From Pseudomonadales bacterium (GTDB lineage: Bacteria; Pseudomonadota; Gammaproteobacteria; Pseudomonadales; JAHRWD01), in assembly GCA_019090315.1 (NCBI GenBank), contig JAHRWD010000084.1:387-64386 (forward strand): a DNA stretch of 64,000 nucleotides, written 5' to 3'. Made by a program: the position numbers and the translations under genes. Positions 1 through 10,148 of the stretch are shown in pieces; positions within the stretch are counted from its first letter, which is position 1, and every line of letters begins with the position of its first letter. The notes below the pieces were generated by a model. That model was given only the letters and a program-made list of their open reading frames with translations, ran no database searches and was not told where the DNA came from.

Positions 1-369
1 GATACCAATACAATGGTTGTTGGCTTGGATGCGAATCAAAATCCTGCCCTGGTTCCAGCATTTGATGCTGCTACCAACACCGCCTGGGGTTATAACTTAG
101 TCTTTAATGTCAATTATTTTAACGTATTTGCTGGCGTTAACTTAACCCCCGGCATTAGCTGGTCGCATCATGTAAATGGCACATCACCCGCTGGTATCGC
201 GTCTTATCGTGAAGGCCGTAGAAGCTACACCGCATCGCTTAAAGCGGATTTTAGAACGGTTCATATTGTTACTTTGAAGTACACTGACTTTATAGCGTCT
301 GATGACCCGAATGGATCTGACAAATATGATAAGGACTTTATGTCTCTTACCTATTCCTGGTCTTTGTAA
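1..369 (+). CDS. DUF1302 family outer-membrane protein, C-terminal fragment (5' end outside window)
   Basis: The frame of ORF 13..369 is open back to nt 1. The C-terminal stretch (NLTPGISWSHHVNGTSP, REGRRSYTASLKADF, LKYTDF) resembles the C-terminus of DUF1302 proteins as I recall them. It is followed by DUF1329 genes, the usual partner. Confidence 0.6.
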   Translation, partial: DTNTMVVGLDANQNPALVPAFDAATNTAWGYNLVFNVNYFNVFAGVNLTPGISWSHHVNGTSPAGIASYREGRRSYTASLKADFRTVHIVTLKYTDFIASDDPNGSDKYDKDFMSLTYSWSL

Positions 370-583
370 TCGATATATTGAGTACTTAAGGGTATTGAGT
401 GATTTTTCCTGAAGCCGATGGATCGGGGCTATTAAAACCAGCCTCGATTCATTTGTACCAGAGGATGATTGATTTAATGCTAAATGTTCAACGTATGTGT
501 ATCGCCAATTTTCTGGTCGATACAAAAATTAAACAGTAGTCGGCGAGAGTGTTTTTGTATTACTCGTCTGGAGAGTTAATAGA

Positions 584-1963
584 ATGTTAAAAAGAGTTTC
601 AGCTATAGCAGGAAGTAGTTTGCTTTTATCCTGTTTTGCTGCCGGTACAGTGGTTGCAAAAGTATCTGAGGAGAAAGCTGCTCAACTAGGTGATAATTTG
701 ACCTGGAGCGGTGCAGAGAAAGCGGGAAATGCAGAGGGAACTATTCCTGCATATGCGGGTGGTTTTGATGCGAGTTTGATTCCCTCTGGCTGGGAATCGG
801 GAATGCCTTACACCAATCCGTTTCCAGAAGACAAAATACTATCTACTATCAACGCATCTAACGTTGATCAATATAAGGATAAGTTAGCGACCGGTACAGT
901 CGCGATGATTAAAGCCTATCCGGATACCTATTATTTGAATATTTACGAAACCCGTCGTACTTCCGGGTATAACGAACAGGCAGCGGCGGATGCAAAATAT
1001 AATGCAACCCACGCGGTGCTTGCTCCAGGTGCTGCAGGTGCTGAAAAGATGCATGGCGCATTGCCTTTTCCGATTCCTGAGTCGGGTGTAGAGGCAGTTT
1101 GGAATCACGTAATTCGATGGCGCGGTGGTATGCGTGTGGTTCAAAATGAAGCGACCTTCGCTCCGCAGGTAGATGGGAGTTATAGCAAGGCAACACGTAC
1201 AGTTACGCTGTTTTTTAACCCTGAATTTAAACAGGGCGGAGACCGGGATGACATTATTTTCTTCTATGTATCGAAGGTAAACAGCCCATCTCGACTAGCA
1301 GGGGAAATACTGTTGTTGCATGAGACTGCTAACCAGTCTAAGCACCCACGTCTTGTCTGGAAGTACTACACCGGACAACGTCGAGTACGTCGTGCACCGG
1401 ATGTTGGGCATGATAGCCCGAGTGCAGATGCGGACGGATTATTCGTATCGGATCAGGTTGATGGTATCAACGGTGCGGTTAGTGAACGCTATTCGTGGGA
1501 GATCGAAGGTAAGCAGGAGATGTATATCCCCTACAACAATTTTGACATGAATCAGCCGGAAGTGAAGTATGCTGATCTGCTCAAGAAAGCTCACCTTGAT
1601 CCAAAAACAGCGCGCTGGGAACTACACCGGGTGTGGACTGTCAAAGGCACATTGAAAGAGGGTCAGCGTCACATTTATGGTTCACGTGTACTCTACATTG
1701 ATGAAGATAGCTGGCAGGTTGCTGTTCACGATATGTATGACATGAAGGGAAACCTGTGGCGTACCATGGACATGTTCACAACTGTATTTTGGGATGCCAA
1801 CGTGTCCTGGGTTCAGGGCTATGCTACCTATGACTTACTTGCTAAACGATATTATGTTCGCGGTCTCGTCAATGAAGAGCAGCCGTATACATTTGATCAA
1901 CCCGGTAAAGCGGGCTTGAAAAGCTATACACCATCGGCGTTGCGTCGCATGGGTAGACGGTAA
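584..1963 (+). CDS. DUF1329 domain protein (LolA-like fold family), paralog 1
   Basis: 459 aa with an N-terminal signal peptide (SSLLLSCFAAGTVVA). The overall sequence matches my recollection of DUF1329. It sits directly downstream of the DUF1302 gene. Confidence 0.8.
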   Translation: MLKRVSAIAGSSLLLSCFAAGTVVAKVSEEKAAQLGDNLTWSGAEKAGNAEGTIPAYAGGFDASLIPSGWESGMPYTNPFPEDKILSTINASNVDQYKDKLATGTVAMIKAYPDTYYLNIYETRRTSGYNEQAAADAKYNATHAVLAPGAAGAEKMHGALPFPIPESGVEAVWNHVIRWRGGMRVVQNEATFAPQVDGSYSKATRTVTLFFNPEFKQGGDRDDIIFFYVSKVNSPSRLAGEILLLHETANQSKHPRLVWKYYTGQRRVRRAPDVGHDSPSADADGLFVSDQVDGINGAVSERYSWEIEGKQEMYIPYNNFDMNQPEVKYADLLKKAHLDPKTARWELHRVWTVKGTLKEGQRHIYGSRVLYIDEDSWQVAVHDMYDMKGNLWRTMDMFTTVFWDANVSWVQGYATYDLLAKRYYVRGLVNEEQPYTFDQPGKAGLKSYTPSALRRMGRR

Positions 1964-2214
1964 TTTAATTACCAGAATATCTGACTGATAGTAGGAGTGA
2001 TTTTGGTCGTGGTTCCGAGTATGGAAACGCGGTTAAGATCTCTTCTACTGATGTTTAGTTGGAGCCTCCCAGGTAGCCTTGTTTGGCGATTGGTGGGGCA
2101 GTATTACGAAAATATTAAAAAGGGTCTTATTACAGATAATCAATAAAAATTGTGTCCGACTTTGGAAAGCCGATGTTTGGTTTGAAGAGGCAGGATGCTA
2201 TCGGAGGCTAGACT

Positions 2215-3597
2215 ATGAAGCTTAATAAAAAAATAATAATAACAGGAAGCAGTTTAGCTTTATCCTGTTTTGCAGCCGGTACGGCTGTTGCGAAGGCACC
2301 TGCGGATGAAGTGGCCAAGCTCGGCGATACGCTCACCTGGAGCGGCGCGGAAAAAGCAGGTAATGCTGAAGGGACCATTCCGGCTTACACCGGTGGGTTT
2401 GATAAAAGCAAGATCCCGGCTGGCTGGAAACCGGGTATGTCTTATACAAACCCTTTCCCTGAAGATAAGGTGTTGTTCACTATCAATGCATCCAATGTCG
2501 ATCAATACGCGGATAAGTTAGCGCCGGGTACGATTGCGATGCTCAAAGCGTGGCCGGATACCAAGTATCTCAATATCTATAAAACACGTCGTACGGCAAT
2601 GGCAACAGACCAGGCCAAAGCCGATATAAAATATAATGCAACTAACGCTACCCTCGCTCCCAGAGGCGCAGGCGTTCTCAATATGCATGGATCCACACCA
2701 TTCCCGATTCCCAACGAAGGCGTTGAGGCTGTATGGAATCACGTAATTCGCTGGCGCGGCGGTATGCGGGTAATTCAGAATGAGGCAGGATTCGCGCCTC
2801 AGGTAGATGGAAGTTATTTTAAAACCACGATTACAGTTAACTTCTTTTTCAACCCTGAATTCAAAAAAGGCGGAAAAACTGACGATATTATCTTCTTCTA
2901 TACATCCAAGGTTAACAGCCCGTCTCGTTTGACCGGTGAGATCATCTTGCTGCACGAGACGGCAAACCAGTCTGACCACCCTCGTATCGTGTGGAAATAT
3001 TACACTGGTCAACGTCGCGTACGTCGTGCACCGGATGTTGGGCACGATAACCCAAGTGCATCTGCGGATGGATTATTTGTATCGGATCAGGTGGATGGTA
3101 TTAACGGGGCCATTAACGAGCGCTTTCAGTGGACGCTTAAGGGCAAAAAGGAGATGTATATTCCTTACAACAACTTTGATATGAACCAACCTGAGGTCTC
3201 CTATGACCAGCTGATTCAGAAGGGTCACCTTAACCCGCAGTGGACTCGCTGGGAACTACACAGGGTCTGGGTTATTGAAGGTAAACTTCGGGAAGGCCAG
3301 CGTCATATCTACGGTAAACGTATTCTCTTCAGTGATGAAGACAGCTGGCAGGTTTCGGTTCACGATATGTACGATACAAAGGGTGAGTTGTGGCGTACCC
3401 AGGATATGTTTGGAACACTGTTCTGGGATGCTACTATGCACTGGGTACAGGCATACGCTACATACGACCTACTCGCGAAACGTTATTACGTCCGTGGTGT
3501 AGTAAATGAAGAGAAGCCCTATGAATTTGATCAGCCAGGTGTAGCAGGTATGAAAGGTTATACCGCTGCCGCGCTGCGCCGAATGGGTAGACGCTAG
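2215..3597 (+). CDS. DUF1329 domain protein, paralog 2 (tandem duplicate)
   Basis: 460 aa, colinear with ORF 584..1963 over its full length. Long identical runs include GNAEGTIPAY, VEAVWNHVIRWRGGMRV, YYTGQRRVRRAPDVGHD and the identical C-terminus ALRRMGRR. Confidence 0.8.
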   Translation: MKLNKKIIITGSSLALSCFAAGTAVAKAPADEVAKLGDTLTWSGAEKAGNAEGTIPAYTGGFDKSKIPAGWKPGMSYTNPFPEDKVLFTINASNVDQYADKLAPGTIAMLKAWPDTKYLNIYKTRRTAMATDQAKADIKYNATNATLAPRGAGVLNMHGSTPFPIPNEGVEAVWNHVIRWRGGMRVIQNEAGFAPQVDGSYFKTTITVNFFFNPEFKKGGKTDDIIFFYTSKVNSPSRLTGEIILLHETANQSDHPRIVWKYYTGQRRVRRAPDVGHDNPSASADGLFVSDQVDGINGAINERFQWTLKGKKEMYIPYNNFDMNQPEVSYDQLIQKGHLNPQWTRWELHRVWVIEGKLREGQRHIYGKRILFSDEDSWQVSVHDMYDTKGELWRTQDMFGTLFWDATMHWVQAYATYDLLAKRYYVRGVVNEEKPYEFDQPGVAGMKGYTAAALRRMGRR

Positions 3598-3632
3598 TGT
3601 TAATCGCGTAATAAGTGTCGTAGTAAAGAGAC

Positions 3633-3681
3633 GGGTGTTTACGGAGGAGCTACTTCGCTCGATTCGTAAACACCCTTTTTT
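3633..3681 (+). terminator. Rho-independent terminator after the DUF1329 pair
   Basis: 11-bp stem gggtgtttacg (3633-3643) pairs with cgtaaacaccc (3665-3675), followed by a T6 run (3676-3681). The 21-nt loop is large. Confidence 0.55.
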
Positions 3682-3725
3682 GTGGGCGGAAATGCGCAGG
3701 CACAAGTACTCTAACAAGGTTACAT

Positions 3726-4697
3726 TTAGGCTTTCGCTATATAGATTGCTCTTCTGGGCGCTGGAAGACCTTCAATTGTTTTTGAGGAATCGAGTGGGTC
3801 TAGAAAGTCAGTTAGTGACTCATAGGACATCCAGTCGGTGGACCGTTGTTCGGCAGTGGTTGTCACTGAAATATCGATTTTTTTGATCTCACGAAACCCG
3901 CAACGCGCAAGCATTCGTCTGAGCGCATCCCCTGATGGAATAAACCAGACATTTCTCATCTTGGCGTATCTTCCCGATGGTATGAGAACGTCCCGCTCTG
4001 TCCCTTCAATAACCAGCGTTTCCAGAACAAGTTCTCCACCGGGGCGAATCAGTTCCTTGAGCTTGATGAGATGATCGATCGGGGACCTGCGGTGATATAA
4101 AACGCCCATTGAAAAAACCGTATCAAACGCATTGACCGATTGTGGTAGCTCCTCGAGTGCGAGTGGTATCACCCAGCTCGACTGACTGTTGATATATTTT
4201 TGTAATGCCTGAAATTGCATATTGAACAGCAGTGTCGGATCGATTCCAATAGCCAGCTTTGCACCTTCACCGATCATTCGCAGAATGTGGTAGCCGTTTC
4301 CGCAACCTACATCAAGTACCGTACGCCCGGCCAACGGCGCGATTGAATCCGCAAGCCGGTTCCATTTCATGTCTGAACGCCATTCGGTATTGATGTCGAT
4401 ACCGAACAGCTCAAAGGGCCCTTTACGCCAGGGTTTAAACTCTTTCAATAGACCGATCAGTGTATGCAAATCTGTCTGGCCGGCGTCCTGGCCTTGTCCG
4501 ATTGTGACGGCGCTTCTGTTCAGTTCAATGGAGGTAGGTCGAATATCTGGTAGTTGATCTAACGCGTCATACCAGCGTGGCAGATCACCATGGTTCAACG
4601 GGTTTAGTTTGTTAGTTATCTGCTGAGAAAGCGGTGTAACCCAGCTCTCAAGCCCAACATCTTCAAGTTGTCGGTAGAGCAGAGAAAAATCGTACAT
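3726..4697 (-). CDS. cmoB: tRNA U34 carboxymethyltransferase CmoB
   Basis: Strong colinear similarity to E. coli CmoB (PWRKGPF, DTEWRSD.KW, FDTVFSMGVLYHRRSP, ETLVI.G). I moved the start to the ATG at 4697 (MYDFSLLY, matching E. coli MIDFGNFY) rather than the ORF-track start at 4724. Confidence 0.9.
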   Translation of the reverse strand: MYDFSLLYRQLEDVGLESWVTPLSQQITNKLNPLNHGDLPRWYDALDQLPDIRPTSIELNRSAVTIGQGQDAGQTDLHTLIGLLKEFKPWRKGPFELFGIDINTEWRSDMKWNRLADSIAPLAGRTVLDVGCGNGYHILRMIGEGAKLAIGIDPTLLFNMQFQALQKYINSQSSWVIPLALEELPQSVNAFDTVFSMGVLYHRRSPIDHLIKLKELIRPGGELVLETLVIEGTERDVLIPSGRYAKMRNVWFIPSGDALRRMLARCGFREIKKIDISVTTTAEQRSTDWMSYESLTDFLDPLDSSKTIEGLPAPRRAIYIAKA

Positions 4698-4699
4698 CT

Positions 4700-5434
4700 C
4701 TATTTGATCGCCAGCATCGTGCAAAAGTTAAGGGTCTGGCAGATCACCTGAACACGGGAGAAACCGGCATGGTAAAGCCGTTCCTGATGAACTGAATAAT
4801 GTTCCGGAATCAGCACGTTTTCGAGAGCCGCTCGCTTTTGGCTTATCTCTAACGCACTGTAACCATTTGAACCCTTGAATGCCTGATGTAGTTCGATCAT
4901 GTCGGTATTTATCTGCGGCTCGTGAAAGGTGATTTTCTCGGATAGCACAACTACACCGCCGGAAAGAGTGGCATTTTGGATATCGGTGAGCAGTCGCAAG
5001 CGCTGCTCAATCGGTACGAACTGCAATGTGTAGTTCATAATGGTCATCGAACTGCGGTCAAAATCGACATTCAAAAGATCATTACAGACCAGCTCAACCG
5101 AGCTGTGATCAGAATGTTGGCTGATAACTTGCCGGCACTTTTCCAGCATCGCGGTGGAGTTATCCACGGCAATTATGTTGCAGTTTCTCTGCCGGGCCCA
5201 TGGCATTATCGGAAGCGTGGACGCCCCCAACGAACAACCAAGATCATAGATATTACTATCCTTTTGCAGATAGCGATCGGCGAGAATGGGTAACATCTCA
5301 ATGGATGTATTGTATCCGGGAACTGATCTACCGATCATATCCGGAAATACTGAAACAACCTCTTCGTCGAAGGTAAAACCTTCAACTGTCTTTTTTGGGG
5401 AGGAATAGATGGTGTCGCGAGGCGTGGAATTCAT
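4700..5434 (-). CDS. cmoA: carboxy-S-adenosyl-L-methionine synthase CmoA
   Basis: 244 aa class I SAM-methyltransferase fold (YDLGCSLGAST). It lies immediately upstream of cmoB with a 2-nt gap, the conserved cmoA-cmoB arrangement. Confidence 0.9.
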   Translation of the reverse strand: MNSTPRDTIYSSPKKTVEGFTFDEEVVSVFPDMIGRSVPGYNTSIEMLPILADRYLQKDSNIYDLGCSLGASTLPIMPWARQRNCNIIAVDNSTAMLEKCRQVISQHSDHSSVELVCNDLLNVDFDRSSMTIMNYTLQFVPIEQRLRLLTDIQNATLSGGVVVLSEKITFHEPQINTDMIELHQAFKGSNGYSALEISQKRAALENVLIPEHYSVHQERLYHAGFSRVQVICQTLNFCTMLAIK

Positions 5435-5557
5435 GTAAAAATGTGGTGAGCGTAGATATCATTTGAAGTACGGCTAATAATTGTTTCAGACGCACGTTAT
5501 AATTCAGATTATATCACTGAATTCTGTGGCCCCAAAAACGCTATCTGAGAGTTGTTA

Positions 5558-7102
5558 ATGAGAAACGAGTTAATTATTTTTGATACCACCCTGCGGGATG
5601 GCGAGCAAAGCCCTGGCGCATCAATGACTCGTGACGAAAAGGTGCGCATTGCAAAAGCGCTGGAAAAACTTAATGTTGATGTAATTGAGGCTGGATTCGC
5701 TATTGCCAGCCCGGGTGACTTCGAATCGGTTCAGGCCGTTGCCAGTGTTGTTAAAGACAGTACCGTATGCAGCCTTGCGCGTGCGGCGATTCAGGATATA
5801 GAAAGTGCCGGCCAGGCACTCTCGAAGGCGAATTCGAGTCGTATACATACGTTCATTGCGACCTCCCCGATTCACATGAAATACAAACTACAGCTCACAC
5901 CAGATCAGGTGCTGGATCAGGCTGTTCGTTCTATCAAGCACGCGCGAAACTACACCGACGATGTCGAGTTTTCCTGCGAAGATGCCAGTCGTTCTGAATT
6001 TGAATACCTCTGTAGGATAATTGAAGCTTCTATCTCTGCGGGCGCAACAACCATAAACCTGCCAGATACGGTAGGTTACGGAATACCGGAAGAATATGGT
6101 GCGATGATCAAATCGGTTATCGAAAATGTACCGAATTCCGATCAGGCTATCTTTTCAGTTCATTGCCATAACGACCTCGGATTGGCCGTTGCGAACTCGC
6201 TTGCTGCGGTGCAAAACGGTGCCCGTCAGGTTGAGTGCACCATCAATGGGTTGGGGGAGCGTGCAGGTAATGCCTCCCTCGAAGAGATTGTAATGGCGGT
6301 CAAGACACGGCACGATCAACTGCCCGTCACAACGGCTATCGATACACAACAAATTGTGCCAATTTCTCGACTGGTCGCAACCATTACCGGATTTCCGGTA
6401 CAGCCAAACAAAGCGATTGTTGGTGCCAATGCGTTCGCCCATGAGGCGGGCATTCACCAGGATGGTGTGATCAAGCATCGAGAAACATACGAAATCATGC
6501 GAGCGGAGGACGTAGGTTGGAGTGCAAACCGTCTGGTACTCGGCAAACACTCTGGCCGAAGAGCGCTCTATAAAAGGCTTGAGGAACTTGGAGTTGAATT
6601 TGAATCTAGAGTTGAATCCGACCGAATCTTTAAAAAGTTTAAAGAACTTGCTGATAAAAAGCATGAAATTTATGATGAAGATCTCCAGGCGCTGGTCAGT
6701 GATACCCAAACCATCGAGCTACAGGAGCAGTACCAATTGGTGAGCCTGGAGGTCTGCTCAAAAACCGGAGAAGTACCGGTGGCCAGGGTTGAACTTTTAC
6801 ATAAGTCCGAACCTTTTGATGCCAGTGCCCCCGGCAGTGGCCCGGTTGATGCAACTTTTAAGGCGATTGAATCGATGGTTAATAGTGGTTCAAACCTTCA
6901 ACTTTACAGCGTTAACGCCATTACCCAGGGTACTGATTCCCAGGGTGAAGTCACTGTCCGTCTGGAAAGAGATGGTGTGATTGCAAACGGCTCAGGTGCC
7001 GATACCGACATCGTAATCGCATCCGCAAAAGCGTATGTCCATGCGTTGAATTTGCTTACATCCAATCAACTACGCGCTCATCCACAGACTGAAGGCATTT
7101 GA
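5558..7102 (+). CDS. leuA: 2-isopropylmalate synthase, short (~515 aa) LeuA type
   Basis: N-terminal [34 protein letters not shown], and a C-terminal LeuA allosteric/dimerisation domain. The start is set at ATG 5558 with GAGAG 7 nt upstream; the ORF-track TTG is at 5552. Confidence 0.9.
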   Translation: MRNELIIFDTTLRDGEQSPGASMTRDEKVRIAKALEKLNVDVIEAGFAIASPGDFESVQAVASVVKDSTVCSLARAAIQDIESAGQALSKANSSRIHTFIATSPIHMKYKLQLTPDQVLDQAVRSIKHARNYTDDVEFSCEDASRSEFEYLCRIIEASISAGATTINLPDTVGYGIPEEYGAMIKSVIENVPNSDQAIFSVHCHNDLGLAVANSLAAVQNGARQVECTINGLGERAGNASLEEIVMAVKTRHDQLPVTTAIDTQQIVPISRLVATITGFPVQPNKAIVGANAFAHEAGIHQDGVIKHRETYEIMRAEDVGWSANRLVLGKHSGRRALYKRLEELGVEFESRVESDRIFKKFKELADKKHEIYDEDLQALVSDTQTIELQEQYQLVSLEVCSKTGEVPVARVELLHKSEPFDASAPGSGPVDATFKAIESMVNSGSNLQLYSVNAITQGTDSQGEVTVRLERDGVIANGSGADTDIVIASAKAYVHALNLLTSNQLRAHPQTEGI

Positions 7103-7120
7103 CGCGGGCTTTGACGGGCA

Positions 7121-7693
7121 ATGAACCTCACATCACGCCATCAGCAATATTTGAAACAACTCGGAATTGAATCCTGGGTTCCCAGAGTTGATCGCTCTTT
7201 TTTTCCTGGTGCACCGGAAATCCCTGTCTGTTCGAACGATAGTATTGATCCAGTTCCAGGATCGACAGACGAAGATGATCTAGCGATAAAGCCCGGCAAA
7301 GATAACCAACAATTCTATTGCTGTTTTGAGTTCGGGAATCGCTGCGCTGTAGTGGTTGAAACCGACGTCCATGAAGAGCCGATACCGGCGGATCAACAAC
7401 GTTTACTTTCAGGTATCCTGAGGGCTATCGGTATTGGTGGACTTTCCGAAGCGACTGCCGCATATTCAAAGGGTTGTGATGAAGTTGAAACGCTATTGAG
7501 CAGGCAGACAAATTCCACTGTTACTCTGTTCTTCGGTACCAGTTCCGCATTTGACCGATTTGATCCTCGCGCACCACCTGAGAAGGTATTGTTGGCGGAC
7601 TCACTTCAACAGATAATGCGATCGGCTGTGTCGAAACAAAAATTATGGTTAATGTTAAAAACGACTGGATTTATTGATCTACCCTCAAGGTGA
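7121..7693 (+). CDS. holD: DNA polymerase III psi subunit-like protein (HolD-like), extended
   Basis: The N-terminus SRHQQYLKQLGIESWVPR parallels E. coli HolD RRDWQLQQLGITQWSLR. Internal SGILRAI and C-terminal KQKLWLML also parallel HolD. It lies directly upstream of rimI, as in the holD-rimI arrangement. Confidence 0.6.
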   Translation: MNLTSRHQQYLKQLGIESWVPRVDRSFFPGAPEIPVCSNDSIDPVPGSTDEDDLAIKPGKDNQQFYCCFEFGNRCAVVVETDVHEEPIPADQQRLLSGILRAIGIGGLSEATAAYSKGCDEVETLLSRQTNSTVTLFFGTSSAFDRFDPRAPPEKVLLADSLQQIMRSAVSKQKLWLMLKTTGFIDLPSR

Positions 7694-7699
7694 CCCTCT

Positions 7700-8215
7700 T
7701 TGGCTACGTCAAATCAACTTGCTCAATTCATCATCCGTCAGATGGGCCCCGATGATATCGATAAGGTCAGTGAAATTGAGCGTGTTGCGAGTGAACATCC
7801 CTGGAGTAAAAGCTCTTTTCAAAACTGTTTTGATGGTGGCTACCACTGCTTTGTAGGATGTATTGATGAGCAAATAGTCGCATTTGGGGTTCTTTCATGC
7901 GCGGTTCGAGAGGGGCATATCCAGAACATTGCAGTGTGCCCAGACTATCAAGGTGCTGGCTTCGGCCGTGAACTATTGTCTATGTTGCTTGAAGAGGCGG
8001 AGGAGCTTGGCGCAAAAACGATTTTCCTGGAAGTAAGTGTGGAAAACAGCGTTGCATTTGGCTTATATCTTTCTTACGGATTCCGTGAAATAGGACAGCG
8101 CAAAGATTACTATAAAACAGCGGATGGCAGAAAAAATGCACGCATCATGCGTAAAAACTTTGGAAAAGAGAGGGGGCTTATGATGTTGCCGGAGATGATA
8201 AGGCGAAAAAAATAG
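7700..8215 (+). CDS. rimI: ribosomal-protein-alanine N-acetyltransferase RimI (GNAT)
   Basis: GNAT acetyl-CoA motif (IAVCPDYQGAGFGRELL) and its position after the holD-like gene. The start is ambiguous: TTG at 7700 or ATG at 7742. Confidence 0.75.
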   Translation: MATSNQLAQFIIRQMGPDDIDKVSEIERVASEHPWSKSSFQNCFDGGYHCFVGCIDEQIVAFGVLSCAVREGHIQNIAVCPDYQGAGFGRELLSMLLEEAEELGAKTIFLEVSVENSVAFGLYLSYGFREIGQRKDYYKTADGRKNARIMRKNFGKERGLMMLPEMIRRKK

Positions 8216-8235
8216 GCTGAGGTCACAGGTTAGCG

Positions 8236-8280
8236 ACAGGAATAAAAAAACGCGCATTTAGCGCGTTTTTTTATTCCTGT
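8236..8280. terminator. Bidirectional rho-independent terminator (perfect 20-bp inverted repeat)
   Basis: acaggaataaaaaaacgcgc (8236-8255) and gcgcgtttttttattcctgt (8261-8280) are exact reverse complements around a 5-nt loop. This gives a GC stem with a U7 run on either strand, between the convergent rimI and the 8299..8721 gene. Confidence 0.7.
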
Positions 8281-8298
8281 TAGTAAGCAGATAAACAG

Positions 8299-8721
8299 CT
8301 AGGGTGCTGTCAGTACTACTTTCACCATACTGTTCACGGCCGATGATTCTACATAGCCAATCATGCTTGGGTTTTTTGAAATCAGCGCGATGACGTCTGC
8401 ATCTGTGTCGACCACTTTTGGTGGTTGACCCTTTCCAGTAAAGACAATCCGCGACCAATAAGATTTGAGTTGTGCTGCAGTCTTATGGGTTATGTTCGAG
8501 TTGAACTCTTCATGGGCAGCGGTTCCGGCGGGTTGTTCTATCGGCACTGCTACACCACCGCCTGGGAACTTTTTGGCTTTCCCCAAAAATATTTTTGATG
8601 CGGTTTTTGCATCAATAGCGCTGTCGTTACCAGGGTGTATGATCAACGAAATCTCGGCGGTTGCACCGGTTGATATCGCCAGAATAGCCGCAAATACAAA
8701 GTTTTTTATGCTGGTTTTCAT
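8299..8721 (-). CDS. small secreted periplasmic-binding-fold protein (half-size PstS/PBP-like), copy 1
   Basis: 140 aa with a signal peptide (AILAISTGATAE). The motifs KIFLGK..KFPGG, SYWSRIVFTGKGQPPK and NPSMIGYVESSAV resemble one lobe of type-2 periplasmic binding proteins annotated as phosphate-binding-like. Confidence 0.6.
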   Translation of the reverse strand: MKTSIKNFVFAAILAISTGATAEISLIIHPGNDSAIDAKTASKIFLGKAKKFPGGGVAVPIEQPAGTAAHEEFNSNITHKTAAQLKSYWSRIVFTGKGQPPKVVDTDADVIALISKNPSMIGYVESSAVNSMVKVVLTAP

Positions 8722-8835
8722 ATTAGGTATTCTCCATCGAATATACTATTCGTATTTAAATATGGTCATATTGATATCAGTAAACAACCTATTGGTTGAA
8801 CCGCTATTTAATTCACTGACTAGCAGTAAAATTCC

Positions 8836-9924
8836 TTAGTACACCATAGAAAAAGAAGTTGTGAATTTGGTTGTGTCTTTAACAGGATCACCACCAAAAG
8901 ACTCTGGGAGCGTATCAAAAAGCCCGGTTGACCCATTATCTGGGCTTATGCGGCTTAGATCAAAGTTGAGCCGCGTCGATGCACTTGTAGTGATTTCAAG
9001 GCTGGCCATTATTGTGTTTTGGCTTTGATTCAGGTCACTGTTACTGGTTTCGATTTCACTATAGGTTATGGTCGGTAGATATTTACCTATTCGATAACCT
9101 GTCGTCACATACCAGGATTTTGTAGTTGGAAATATACTATTGCTCAATGCTCTTTTCGCATATTCGCTCATTACGAGAATATTATTCCATTCGAATTTAG
9201 CACCGAAGGTGGTAAACAACACTTCGCCATCGGTGGTGTCTGGTACCGGAAGCGGAGCAGCGGCAGTAGCTAGATTATCGGTAAAGGTGATGTCATGAAT
9301 ACTGTACCGAAGCATTCCGTAGTCATTCGTCACCTCCAGTACAAATCCCGTGCTTCGGTCCATATCAACGTCTACGGTAAGGCCCGACGCCGGTACGGTA
9401 AAGCCATTTTCACCATTGTAAAAGGTGACTGCGTATCCGTAGTCGCCAACATACCCAGAATAGGTTAAATCGAAACCGGCTATTGAGGTAAACGGAATAT
9501 TGGCTGGCCCATAAATTTCCTCTGGCGGTATACTCCATGGATAGGTAATACCGACATTAATGGACTGGGAAATCATAAAGTAGGGCGCGAGCACTTTGCC
9601 CACTTTTAGCGTCAAATTATCGCTGGCCTGATAGGAAAGGTAGGCCCATTCAGCCTCGACATCCCAGTTATTTCGGCCTTTGGTTAACAACTGCATCGTG
9701 AAGGTAACGGGTATTTCGATGTCAGGGTCAAATGTAAATTGAACCCCTAGCTTTGATACATCGTTTGCACTGAGGTTGTCATCGGTACCCGCATAGGGTA
9801 TCTCAGAATCGACATAGCTGAGACCAGCTGTTATGAAAGCGTTGGTTCTGAGTTCAGGTTCGGCTAAACAGGAAAGGGAAAATGTGCATAGAGATGCAGT
9901 GGCAATAGTTCTAATTAAATTCAT
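8836..9924 (-). CDS. outer-membrane beta-barrel porin-like protein, copy 1
   Basis: 362 aa with a signal peptide (SLSCLAEPE), alternating amphipathic strands rich in Y/G/T/D, and a C-terminal aromatic residue (FSMVY). It is homologous to ORF 10586..11782 (shared AEWAY..Y.A.D.LTL). Confidence 0.55.
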   Translation of the reverse strand: MNLIRTIATASLCTFSLSCLAEPELRTNAFITAGLSYVDSEIPYAGTDDNLSANDVSKLGVQFTFDPDIEIPVTFTMQLLTKGRNNWDVEAEWAYLSYQASDNLTLKVGKVLAPYFMISQSINVGITYPWSIPPEEIYGPANIPFTSIAGFDLTYSGYVGDYGYAVTFYNGENGFTVPASGLTVDVDMDRSTGFVLEVTNDYGMLRYSIHDITFTDNLATAAAPLPVPDTTDGEVLFTTFGAKFEWNNILVMSEYAKRALSNSIFPTTKSWYVTTGYRIGKYLPTITYSEIETSNSDLNQSQNTIMASLEITTSASTRLNFDLSRISPDNGSTGLFDTLPESFGGDPVKDTTKFTTSFSMVY

Positions 9925-10098
9925 CGATTTTTACCTTTTTAGTTTGAGTGTTTGACTCAATAACTGACGATGTATTCGTCAATGATAAAAACTAGCTTTA
10001 GTGCAGTCTGTTATTGCATACAGTACTACTAAATCTGCGATGATCTGTTCATAAACAAATGAGTCTATAAACTGGTTCTTCAGTTCTTGCTCCCGCTT

Positions 10099-10137
10099 GC
10101 AATGCCCCTTCGCTTACACGTACCGAAGGGGCATTGC
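10099..10137 (-). terminator. stable hairpin separating the two porin/PBP modules (terminator-like, no U-run)
   Basis: gcaatgccccttcg (10099-10112) pairs with cgaaggggcattgc (10124-10137) as a 14-bp perfect stem, 12 nt after the stop of ORF 10149..10571. Confidence 0.4.
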
Positions 10138-10148
10138 TGTTAATGCAA

